From a virus (taxonomy: Duplodnaviria > Caudoviricetes): a stretch of DNA of 64,000 nt. The notes beneath the pieces are model-generated. The model was not told where the DNA came from and ran no database searches. It saw only the letters and a program-made list of their open reading frames with translations. Position numbers and translations under genes: made by a program. This document shows, piece by piece, positions 1 to 8,364 of the stretch. Position 1 is the stretch's first letter, and each line of letters begins with the position of its first letter. The stretch spans positions 1-64,000 of the IMG/VR virus record IMGVR_UViG_2932675082_000001. One strand, written 5' to 3'.

Positions 1-255
1 ATGCCCAAGCCGCTGCCGCTCCCCGATGACCTGCTGCCCCTCCACGCTGCCGCGCTGGAGGCCGACCGGGCGATGACCACCACCCGGGAAGCCGGCGGCG
101 ACGTGGACGCAGCCCGGGACAGGTACGTCACCGCGGCCCTGGCCCTGCGTGCCCACCCGATCTGGGAAGAGGCCCGGGCCGGCGCCTGCTACGCGCAGAC
201 CTGGCAGGCCAGCCTCGACGCGGCCAAGGCCAGCCTCGACGGCGAGGCCGCCTGA
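1..255 (+). CDS. hypothetical protein (may be 5'-truncated by the window edge)
   Basis: 84-aa ORF with GC-rich third codon positions. Confidence 0.55.
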   Translation: MPKPLPLPDDLLPLHAAALEADRAMTTTREAGGDVDAARDRYVTAALALRAHPIWEEARAGACYAQTWQASLDAAKASLDGEAA

Positions 256-350
256 CCCGTTTGGTCACAGCTCGGCCAAACCGCCCCCAAACGGCGCGGC
301 CGCGCCGATACGGTCCCCCTCACCACCCGCACCACGTCCCAGGGGGGACC

Positions 351-893
351 ATGCGCCGCACCACCCTCACCCTCCTCACCGCCGGCCTGCTCGCCGCAAC
401 CGCCGCCTGCTCCAGCACCACCACGACCGGCAGCAGCACGGCCCCGGCCAGCACGGCCGCCGCCCAGCCAACCGGAGCCGCCAGCACGGCAGCGCCTGGC
501 ACGGCCGCCCAGGCAGCCGATGCATCCGCCGTCCTCGCGAAGCTCACCGCAGCCGTGAAGACCGTCAAGGCCGGCGTGCAGGTGACCGCCGACAACGACC
601 CGAATCACCTCCTCGGCCGCCCCGGGCAGTACACGTCGAAGGTGACCTTCTCGGACTCGCGGATCAAGGCCGCCGACATCGAAGGCGAGAAGGAAGACTT
701 CGTGAACCGTGGTGGCGCCATCGAGGTGTTCGCGAGCGAGGCCGACGCGAAGGCCCGCTCCGAGTACATCCAGGGCATCGTCAAGGGCATGCCGGCGCTG
801 ATGGAGTACGACTACGTGCGCGGCCCGGTGGTGGTCAGGGTGTCGAAGCTGCTGACGCCCGACCAGGCGAAGGCGCTGCAGGCCGCCGTCTGA
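351..893 (+). CDS. lipoprotein, possibly superinfection exclusion or other moron
   Basis: AGGGGGG RBS before ATG 351; signal peptide MRRTTLTLLTAGLLAATAAC ending in a lipobox Cys; Ser/Thr/Ala linker. Confidence 0.8.
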   Translation: MRRTTLTLLTAGLLAATAACSSTTTTGSSTAPASTAAAQPTGAASTAAPGTAAQAADASAVLAKLTAAVKTVKAGVQVTADNDPNHLLGRPGQYTSKVTFSDSRIKAADIEGEKEDFVNRGGAIEVFASEADAKARSEYIQGIVKGMPALMEYDYVRGPVVVRVSKLLTPDQAKALQAAV

Positions 894-907
894 CCGCACG
901 GAGAAGC

Positions 908-936
908 GCCCCCGCTCTCTGGATGAGAGCGGGGGC
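908..936. terminator. intrinsic terminator-like hairpin between convergent genes
   Basis: GCCCCCGCTCTC-TGGAT-GAGAGCGGGGGC perfect 12-bp stem. Confidence 0.75.
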
Positions 937-966
937 CAACTGCGATCCGCGAGTGGGGCGCCGGGA

Positions 967-1761
967 TCAGACCAGGCGAATCTCCCGCTGCCGCCAGAGA
1001 TCGTCTATGAGGTCGAGCCCCTGCGCCGTCGCGTACACCACGGGGTAGCTGACTCCGCGGCCGTTGCTCTCCATCTTGACGACGAAGCGGCCGGACTGGG
1101 TGTGGGGAGCTCGGGGCATGTTTCGGCCCCCGCCGTTCGCGGAGACCTGTCGGCGGAAGATGTTGATCTCCACGAGCCAGTTCGTCATCGTCTTGACGTC
1201 AGTGCCGAGCATGTCGGCGACCTCGCGCATCCCAACCAGGCCGTCGGTGTTGAGGAACTGGTCCCACTTGCCGGCCTTCGGCGCGGCGACCTCCAGCTCC
1301 TTCACCAGTGCCTGCTCCCGCTCCAGGGCGGCCACGTACTGTCGGGCCATCTCCAGCTCGGACATCGGTCGGCTGGTGGCGATCTCCGCCTTACGGGTCT
1401 GGGCGGCGAAGTATGCCTGAGCCGCTGCAACCTGAGGCTTGTTAGGCTCCCCGTTCATAGCGACCAAGTAGGCCGCGTTGCGACTCAGACGGTAGTCGAC
1501 ACGAGCCGGTCCACTCGTGGACGAACCTTCCTGGGTTCGGGAAAATGCCTGCTCAGAGTAGGTCCCGACGTTCTCAGCGGAACGAACCGCTCGTTCGATG
1601 ACCCGCAGGAAGTTCTCCCACTTCTCGTAGCCCATGATGGGCTGGAGGTCGCGCGCCGACCAGTACTCCTGACCGTAGTCGTCCAGACGCCGGATCCGAT
1701 CGAAGGGGCTGTCCCCGTTCGCGCCATCGAACGAGGGCAGGGTAGGCTGAAGGTCTGACAT
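967..1761 (-). CDS. phage antirepressor (DinD/BRO-like N-terminus plus KilAC-like C-terminus)
   Basis: EYWSARDLQPIMGYEKWENF...DYRLSRNAAYLVAMNG...AAAQAYFA; C-terminal APKAGKWDQFLNTDGLVGMREVA...TAQGL; start moved to MSDLQ. Confidence 0.85.
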   Translation of the reverse strand: MSDLQPTLPSFDGANGDSPFDRIRRLDDYGQEYWSARDLQPIMGYEKWENFLRVIERAVRSAENVGTYSEQAFSRTQEGSSTSGPARVDYRLSRNAAYLVAMNGEPNKPQVAAAQAYFAAQTRKAEIATSRPMSELEMARQYVAALEREQALVKELEVAAPKAGKWDQFLNTDGLVGMREVADMLGTDVKTMTNWLVEINIFRRQVSANGGGRNMPRAPHTQSGRFVVKMESNGRGVSYPVVYATAQGLDLIDDLWRQREIRLV

Positions 1762-1911
1762 GAGCACCTTTCGGGGTGTGGTGGCCCTGGCGAAGATGTA
1801 GGAGTCCGCGCCGGGGCCGTTGTCGTCCCCGGCCTGATGGGCCGTTCGAGTGATGTGATCCACACTAGCGCTGAGGTGTGGTCCCGACACCAGCCAACGC
1901 GCACAACGAAG

Positions 1912-1951
1912 CGCCCCCGCCAGCTCTCCCGGAGGAGAGCAAGCGGGGGCG
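1912..1951 (-). terminator. hairpin at the end of the late/lysis operon
   Basis: CGCCCCCGC...GCGGGGGCG stem with an inner GCTCTCC/GGAGAGC stem, just after the last lysis gene. Confidence 0.6.
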
Positions 1952-1958
1952 TGATGGT

Positions 1959-2222
1959 TCAGTGGACGAGCGGGGCGATCGAGGCGACGACGGCGACGAC
2001 AGCAGCGATCGCCGAGATCGTCGGCAGCGGCCACCGGTTCGCCTCCAGATGTCTCAGCCGGGCCTCGTGGTCGGCGAGTCTGGAGTCGACGTCTTTCCGA
2101 TCAGCCGCGAGAGCGTCCAGCTTCGACTCCAGGCGGATCAGGCCGTCGCCGATCCTCCTCACCTCCTCGTACATCTTCGCGGGCGAGACCACGACGCCCA
2201 AGTCCGGCGGCGGGGTACTCAC
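1959..2222 (-). CDS. lysis-cassette membrane protein (coiled coil plus C-terminal TM)
   Basis: DHEARLRHLE followed by a hydrophobic C-terminus; lies after the holin. Confidence 0.7.
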   Translation of the reverse strand: MSTPPPDLGVVVSPAKMYEEVRRIGDGLIRLESKLDALAADRKDVDSRLADHEARLRHLEANRWPLPTISAIAAVVAVVASIAPLVH

Positions 2223-2500
2223 TCGCGGCTCCCAGCCGGCGGGTCAGCCTGCGGCAGCACGGTCGGCGCCGGCGGCTCCGACGCCTGCGGCCGGGCCATC
2301 TGGAGCCACGACGGCAGCCACGCGTCGACCTGGGGCAGAGCCATCACCCGGGTGAGTGCCGCAGCAGCCGCCAGCACCCCACCGACGCCAGGCAGCGTGT
2401 CCGGCAGGCCGGCGGTGTGAACGAGCAGAGGCAGATTGGCGGCGAGCGCCAACACCACGGCGACGGTGGTACGGGCCGTGCGACGGGCGGAGTCAGACAT
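2219..2500 (-). CDS. holin-like protein
   Basis: MSDSARRTARTTVAVVLALAANLPLLV...GVLAAAAALTRVMALPQVDAWLP; two TM segments directly downstream of the endolysin. Confidence 0.75.
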   Translation of the reverse strand: MSDSARRTARTTVAVVLALAANLPLLVHTAGLPDTLPGVGGVLAAAAALTRVMALPQVDAWLPSWLQMARPQASEPPAPTVLPQADPPAGSRE

Positions 2501-2502
2501 GA

Positions 2503-3963
2503 TCAGTTTCCCTTCGGCGTGACGGTCAGCTGGATCCCAGCCGCGAGAGCCTTGGCCACGGCCGGGCCCACCGCCGCAGCGACCGCATCGGCGATCTTCT
2601 GCTCCAGCCCGAACGCGGCCAGCCGGTCGTCCACCACCGCGCCCACGCACGTCTGCGTGGTCTGGTGCAGCCAGCTCGCCATCGCGGCCACGCCGCTGTC
2701 CCCGCCAGGCGGCGTCTGACCGCCGAGCGCGTACGCGAAGAAGTTCGCGACGGCGTACGCGTCGCGGTCCGACGGCGGTCCGGAGCGGACGGTGTTCCGC
2801 ACGATGTCTTCGATGGCGGCCTTGTCGGCATCGCTGAGGGGCATGTCGGTCTCCTCGGGTCGTGGGGCCCCGGCCTGAACCCACGCATAGAGGGCGTCGC
2901 CGGGGCAGTCAGTGCTGTAGCCGTCTCGGTGGCCGCGGATCTCGGGGCCGGCGGCGGCGTTGTGCTGGTAGTCCTCGATCGCGTCACGCAGGCCCTGCAA
3001 CTGCGCGTCCGTCGGGACTGTGGAGCCGCTCGAGCCGAGCAGCGCGCAGATCGCGTAGTGCTGGGCGTTGAGGGCCTGGTCGCCGTTCGCTCCGGACCGC
3101 ACGCCGTGCCCGCGGCCCTCGAAGCGGTAGCCGTGCTCACAGACCAGCTCGTTGTAGGCGATGTCCACCCAGTGCTGGACGGGGTCGGCCATGTGCTGGG
3201 CCTGGATCTTGCGGACATAGGCGGGGCAGGTGCTGTGGTCGCCGAAGGTGTACGGGCTGCCAAGGTAGTGGACCTTCACGCCCAGGGCGCCCGTCATCGG
3301 CGTGTAGGCGCCCGTCGGAGCCGCCGCACCCCACTGATCCCGCGTCACGCGAGCCGGGGCCGTCCACGGCGCCGAAGGAGTGGCCGCAGGGGTGGACGCG
3401 GGCGCCGCCGCACCGGCCCAGGCCCGCAGGTCGTCGATGCTGCCGTTGTAGACATCGCTGTCGAGCGGGTTGTCCGTCCACTGGTGGAACTTCCACGGCG
3501 CCTGGATCCGAGGGGAGCCGGCCTGCACATAGTCGGCGATCCAGAGGAAGTCCCCGGCGTTGTCGTCGGTCCTGCGCCACCAGTCGGCGCTCGTGTACAG
3601 CCCGACCCGGTTGTTCGAGTACCTCGCCTTCACCGCCGCCAGCCAGGCGTTCTTTGCCGCCGTCGCAGCTGAGTCAGTGACCGGCTGACCGTACGGCTCG
3701 AAGTCCAACACCAGCAGCTCGCCGACCGGGACACTACCAACCACCTGGCAGAAGTGATCGACTTCCCCGGCGACGGGGTTCTCGCAGTGGATGAAGTGGT
3801 AGTGGCCGACCACGATTCCACGATGCCGGGCTTCGGCCACCTTGGCCGCATAGCCGGTCTGCTCAGTCCGGGCGCCCTCAGTCGCCTTCACGATCACGAA
3901 CTCGGCGTCGGAGGGTATCGAGGACTGGTAGTCGGAGACGTCATAGCCGCGCGCGAGCGCCAT
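2503..3963 (-). CDS. endolysin: GH25 muramidase plus amidase_2/PGRP domain plus C-terminal domain
   Basis: GYDVSDYQ, VKATEG, GHYHF, LVLDFE (GH25); VHY, DIAYN, FEGRG, GHRDGYSTDCPG (Zn amidase). Confidence 0.9.
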   Translation of the reverse strand: MALARGYDVSDYQSSIPSDAEFVIVKATEGARTEQTGYAAKVAEARHRGIVVGHYHFIHCENPVAGEVDHFCQVVGSVPVGELLVLDFEPYGQPVTDSAATAAKNAWLAAVKARYSNNRVGLYTSADWWRRTDDNAGDFLWIADYVQAGSPRIQAPWKFHQWTDNPLDSDVYNGSIDDLRAWAGAAAPASTPAATPSAPWTAPARVTRDQWGAAAPTGAYTPMTGALGVKVHYLGSPYTFGDHSTCPAYVRKIQAQHMADPVQHWVDIAYNELVCEHGYRFEGRGHGVRSGANGDQALNAQHYAICALLGSSGSTVPTDAQLQGLRDAIEDYQHNAAAGPEIRGHRDGYSTDCPGDALYAWVQAGAPRPEETDMPLSDADKAAIEDIVRNTVRSGPPSDRDAYAVANFFAYALGGQTPPGGDSGVAAMASWLHQTTQTCVGAVVDDRLAAFGLEQKIADAVAAAVGPAVAKALAAGIQLTVTPKGN

Positions 3964-4115
3964 CAGGACTCCTCTCCCTTGCCGACAGCCTCATGGATAC
4001 GCCGAAGATGCCGCCGGACCAGCAGGTGATGGGTGACGAACGCAGGCGTCGCCCAGATCACAGACGCCGCCAGATTGGGCCAGATCTGCGACCAGGCCGC
4101 CAGAAGCCAGCCCAT
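3963..4115 (-). CDS. small membrane protein
   Basis: MGWLLAAWSQIWPNLAASVIW...; start and stop overlap both neighbours. Confidence 0.6.
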   Translation of the reverse strand: MGWLLAAWSQIWPNLAASVIWATPAFVTHHLLVRRHLRRIHEAVGKGEES

Positions 4116-4552
4116 CAGCCGATCAGCCCCCGGACGTAGACCGACGCCTCGAAGTCCGAGGCGGAGGCCGTGTGGACGCCACCGTGGCCTCGGTGGTGCC
4201 GTGCGCAGTACCAGACCAGGTTCGCGGCGGACTCCACCCACGCGCCGACCTCGTCCGGATTGCTGATACCCGGGTAGTCGGCCTCCAGAACAGCGAGGTC
4301 GACACCGTTCTGCAGGCTGAATTCCACGTGCGCATGGTGCAGTTCGAGGCCGCCGTCGCACTCGGAGGTGTCCCCGTGGCGGCGCTCCGCGAAGTGACAG
4401 ACCGCCGTGTCCTTGGTGGCCTTCCGGAAGTGCTCGAAGTCCCGGTAGTGCGGGTCGCCCTCGCGAGGCGGATGGGCCGGGTAGTGGACGGTGTAGTGGT
4501 GAGTCGAGGCCTGGTCGTGGGCCGCAACGTCGCCGTGCTGGCGAGCGGACAT
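4115..4552 (-). CDS. His-rich hypothetical protein, possibly HNH-like
   Basis: GGAGA RBS; LELHH...NLVWYCARHHRGHGGVH. Confidence 0.65.
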   Translation of the reverse strand: MSARQHGDVAAHDQASTHHYTVHYPAHPPREGDPHYRDFEHFRKATKDTAVCHFAERRHGDTSECDGGLELHHAHVEFSLQNGVDLAVLEADYPGISNPDEVGAWVESAANLVWYCARHHRGHGGVHTASASDFEASVYVRGLIG

Positions 4553-4607
4553 GGTGTCTCCGGGCATGAAGAAGCCCCGCGGCGAGGGCGGGGCGAGCGA
4601 GGGAAGA

Positions 4608-4964
4608 TCAGGCGGTCGGCGGGCCCTGCGGAGCGGCCAGCACCGGAGCCGCAGCCGGCACCGACACCTTGACCACGGGAACAGTCCAGCCCGTCGGCAG
4701 CGTCTGCGTAGCCGCCGGCTCCGACACCTGGGTCGTAGGGATCGGCTCCGGCGCGCAGTTGCACGCCGGCAGGTGCGCCGGGTCGGGCGCCGTACACGTG
4801 GCGAGGTGCACGTGCGCCGCGGCGTCCAGGGTGATCGCGTGCGTGCCACAGGCCAGCACAGCATCCGTGCCACCAGAGGCGTTACGGCGCCGCCACTGGA
4901 CAACGGCAGGGCTCGAACAGCCGGCGGCGGCACAACCGAGGCTCGCGGGCAGATCAGGGCTCAT
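4608..4964 (-). CDS. Cys-rich hypothetical tail-region protein
   Basis: 118 aa, overlaps the upstream stop. Confidence 0.6.
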   Translation of the reverse strand: MSPDLPASLGCAAAGCSSPAVVQWRRRNASGGTDAVLACGTHAITLDAAAHVHLATCTAPDPAHLPACNCAPEPIPTTQVSEPAATQTLPTGWTVPVVKVSVPAAAPVLAAPQGPPTA

Positions 4965-5491
4965 ATGTGCATCCAGATGACAGTCATGCCGGTCGCGACC
5001 GGGTTGGTGGACAGCGCGCCCCCGGAGGTCTGGTAGACGTAGCCCTCCAGGTAGTCGCCGACGGCCAGTTGGACGATCGCCGTTGCCTGGAGGGCGGCCG
5101 CGATGTCGGTACGAGAGTCGTCCGTACCCGCGTAGCCGAGCTTCACGGCCGTACCGTTCTTATGGATCTCCAGGGCACGAGCCCCGTTGGCGTTGGCCGT
5201 GAAACCCGCCGCGCAGGTCACCAGATACCAGCCGGCCGCGCCGGTCTGACAGGTGTAGCGGGAGTTGTTCGTGGTCGTGGAGTGGCCGCCGTACGTGTCG
5301 ACGAGGTTCGTGTCGATCGCGACCGCGGTCAGGCTGCCGTTGGCGATGGACTGGGCCGCCGACTGGTAGCCCTCGAACATCGGCCGGTTCAGGAGGTACG
5401 TCAGACCGTTGTAGACGTTGGCGTTCCACAACGCCGAGGTCAGGTAGTTGCCAGGCACCTCGGAGGCGAGTGTGGGGATGGCGAGGCCCAT
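4961..5491 (-). CDS. minor tail/tail-fibre protein (C1q-like beta sandwich)
   Basis: NNSRYTCQTGAAGWYLV...IVQLAVGDYLEGYVYQTSGGAL. Confidence 0.7.
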   Translation of the reverse strand: MGLAIPTLASEVPGNYLTSALWNANVYNGLTYLLNRPMFEGYQSAAQSIANGSLTAVAIDTNLVDTYGGHSTTTNNSRYTCQTGAAGWYLVTCAAGFTANANGARALEIHKNGTAVKLGYAGTDDSRTDIAAALQATAIVQLAVGDYLEGYVYQTSGGALSTNPVATGMTVIWMHI

Positions 5492-5509
5492 CGGCCTACC
5501 CCCTTTCGG

Positions 5510-8356
5510 TCAGTAGGAGAAGGCGACGGAGTCGAACTTGGCGCTTGCGTCCCAGGTGGTGGGGTCAGTCACGCCGGTCGGAAGCGGCTCGCACACCACG
5601 TCTCCTGAGCTGTGCGACTTGGTGGTTGCCGCAGTGAGCGTGAGGACCGCGGTCGACCATCCGGACGTGGTCGCGGAGACCGACTGGACAGTGACGGTCT
5701 CCTGGTTGGCGGTGCCGAGCCCGAGGACGAGTTGTTGGCCGGCCCCGAGTTGAGCCGCCGCAGGGTTGGTGTTGTCCGCGCCGGCATTGATGGTGACCGT
5801 CGTGACGCCCGCCGCCGGGGATCCGGCCAGCGTGGTGTGGAACGAGGCGAACAACCCGTACGGGGTCAGGTCAGCCGGACTGCACTGCAGGGTGAGGTAG
5901 GCGTCGCCGTTGTCGCTGAACTCCCAGCTGATGGCCTCGACGAAGCACTCGATCTGAATCGTGCCGGCTGGGCTGGGCGGGCGACGCATCACCCGCACCC
6001 GCGTGCCGAGTTCGAGACCGAGGCAGGCAGCCCACGCGCTCGGGTTGGCGCTGACGTGGACCTTGAGGGCCGCGACCCGAACGGCCGGCTGCTTGTACCG
6101 CGAGAGCAGGTAGTTCGCAGCGTCCTGGCACTCCTGCGGGCTGCTGGAGTTGATGGTGCGGGTGAGGGACCGGGGGAAGTAGTTGCTCTGGGAGGTGGTG
6201 TCCGACCCGGTGAAGACCTGGTTGGTGGACGCCTGCGTGATCGTGACGACGTTGGCCAGCCGGGTGGGGTCGTAGTCCAACTGACAGTCCTCGTACGGGA
6301 CCTCGCCAAGGTCAGCCCGCTCACCGAAGATCACAGACGGCGTGAGGGCGTTGTACCGGGCACTCCGGGCCCGGAACGTCACGGTCGCGTCGGCCGCCAC
6401 GAAATGCTCGCCGTTCTCAGTGTCCACGACCGACTGCAGCGCTGTCATCGCGTCCTGACCTGCGACGGCCGCAGGCCCCATGCTCCGCGTCAGCCCGGAC
6501 TGGATCGCGGTGGGGCCGGTGTAGCCTGCCCAGCCGAGGATCCGCTTGTAGCGGGCATCCGAGGAGTCACCCGCGAAGCTGTTCTTCCAGGCGGTGTACA
6601 CCGCCGTGATGTCGGCCCCGGCAAACAGGAACGGCCACTCGGCTACATAGCTGATGTCCCCCGCGTAGCCCCAAAGTGTCTCGTTCCCGTACACGGGATC
6701 AACCCAGCCACCAACGCTGTCGAACTGGAGTCCGCTTGGCGTGGTCGAGGCCGGAACGGAGAACCAGTAGGCGAGCGTCCACCCGTCCTGGGAGACCATG
6801 ACCTGGCCGAGGGCCTGGGAATAGCCGAACATCAACAGATGCCAGTTTCCATCGGCGCAGTTCGTGGCGCCTCCGGCCGGGTAGATGGCGGCGGCACCCG
6901 ATGGGCCGCTGAGGTAGAGGCCCGGCTGGCCAGAGGAGTCCAGCGCCACCGTGACCTGCGATCCCGCTGGATTGTGCCCGGAGCGCTTGCTGTCGGTGCT
7001 GCACCATATGGTGGCATGGTCCGCAGGCAGTGGGCCGGTATAGCGGAACGCGATCATGCGCGTCCAGGAAGTCGGGTCGACCGGTCCCTTAATCCCCGCC
7101 TGATCCAGGGAAATCAGCGTTGCCGGATTGACGGCGAATGCGCCTGGGCCCGGGTTAGCGACCGTGGCCACCGTGCCTGTGCCGCCGGTATACGTGCCGC
7201 CGCTGGTCGCGGAGGTGATCTGGTTACCGAAGGTCAAACTTCCGGCACCGAACTTCGACACGATCAACGGAGCCGGCGAGTAGGCTCCCAGCGCATCAGC
7301 GCACGACTGGGACCCTTGAGGATCCGCGAGCGTGTACAAGTAGCGGGGCTTACGAGCGTCGATCTCCTCGGTCAGCGGGTCCCGGAGGATCTGCTGGCTG
7401 AACAGGCTGATGGCGTCCACGGAGGTCGTCTGGATGGTGCCGTACGTGCCGCTCATCGCCCACGACGACGGCCACCGCTCCACATACCCGGCGTATAGCG
7501 GGTACCAGGTGTTCGGGGCCGTCCAGGCCGTGGCCGTTGCGCCTCGCTCGAACTGCCAGCCGTCGATCTGAACGTTCGCTGTCGCCGATGCCGTAGCGGC
7601 GAGGGACAAGCCGGGGTAGGCGTAGGCGGCGGTCGGGTCGAGAGTGAGGGTGAGCGTGACCTGAGTCCACGCCGCGGTTGTCGACCCAACCAGGGTCACC
7701 GGCGTACCCGTGACCCGGGTGACGGTCCGCCCCGCAGTAGCCCAGCCAATGAGCGGCGTAACCTGGACCGTGGTCGACGGCGTTATGTTCCTGACCTGCA
7801 TCTGCACCGTGTAGGCGACGGTCCGTTCGGTGGCCGTCATCAGGGTGTAGATGATCCGCGAGCCAGCGGCGGTTCCACTCGGCACGGACATCTGAAAGAC
7901 GCGGCTGCCCTGCCAGGCGGACGAGCTGGCGACGATCTGCCCGTAGTTGGGGTAGGCGTCCGTGTCCGAGTAGATTCCGAGGCCGTACTGGGTGCCGGCG
8001 GTGCCGAGGGCGAATCCGCCGAGGTCACCACCAGTCGCCTGCGCCGGAGTGAGTAGGTTCTGCGTGGGCGGCCACTGGGCCCGCATCCGCAGGGGCTGGT
8101 ACGGGGCGATGTGGCCGTACCAGGGCCCCGAGGTGTTGAGCGGGTCCAAGGCCCCGTCGGTGTTGACGAGTGCCAGGTCGACGGTGCCGGAGCGGATCTG
8201 GTCCAGCTCGTACTGCCGGCCACGCCGGATCCCGACCCGGCCTCGGCTGCGGGACGTCAGATCCGTCAGGATCTCAGACGGGACCGATGCACCGTTGACG
8301 CCCCAGGTAGCGCCCCAGGCGTACTGCATGAGCGGCCAGTTCGGGTTGGTGGCCAC
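5510..8356 (-). CDS. large minor tail/baseplate protein with carbohydrate-binding-like inserts
   Basis: GTG start after GGAGGAA; RGRQYELDQ...L.N.DGALDP motif; follows the tape measure gene. Confidence 0.8.
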   Translation of the reverse strand: MATNPNWPLMQYAWGATWGVNGASVPSEILTDLTSRSRGRVGIRRGRQYELDQIRSGTVDLALVNTDGALDPLNTSGPWYGHIAPYQPLRMRAQWPPTQNLLTPAQATGGDLGGFALGTAGTQYGLGIYSDTDAYPNYGQIVASSSAWQGSRVFQMSVPSGTAAGSRIIYTLMTATERTVAYTVQMQVRNITPSTTVQVTPLIGWATAGRTVTRVTGTPVTLVGSTTAAWTQVTLTLTLDPTAAYAYPGLSLAATASATANVQIDGWQFERGATATAWTAPNTWYPLYAGYVERWPSSWAMSGTYGTIQTTSVDAISLFSQQILRDPLTEEIDARKPRYLYTLADPQGSQSCADALGAYSPAPLIVSKFGAGSLTFGNQITSATSGGTYTGGTGTVATVANPGPGAFAVNPATLISLDQAGIKGPVDPTSWTRMIAFRYTGPLPADHATIWCSTDSKRSGHNPAGSQVTVALDSSGQPGLYLSGPSGAAAIYPAGGATNCADGNWHLLMFGYSQALGQVMVSQDGWTLAYWFSVPASTTPSGLQFDSVGGWVDPVYGNETLWGYAGDISYVAEWPFLFAGADITAVYTAWKNSFAGDSSDARYKRILGWAGYTGPTAIQSGLTRSMGPAAVAGQDAMTALQSVVDTENGEHFVAADATVTFRARSARYNALTPSVIFGERADLGEVPYEDCQLDYDPTRLANVVTITQASTNQVFTGSDTTSQSNYFPRSLTRTINSSSPQECQDAANYLLSRYKQPAVRVAALKVHVSANPSAWAACLGLELGTRVRVMRRPPSPAGTIQIECFVEAISWEFSDNGDAYLTLQCSPADLTPYGLFASFHTTLAGSPAAGVTTVTINAGADNTNPAAAQLGAGQQLVLGLGTANQETVTVQSVSATTSGWSTAVLTLTAATTKSHSSGDVVCEPLPTGVTDPTTWDASAKFDSVAFSY

Positions 8357-8364
8357 GGTTCCTC

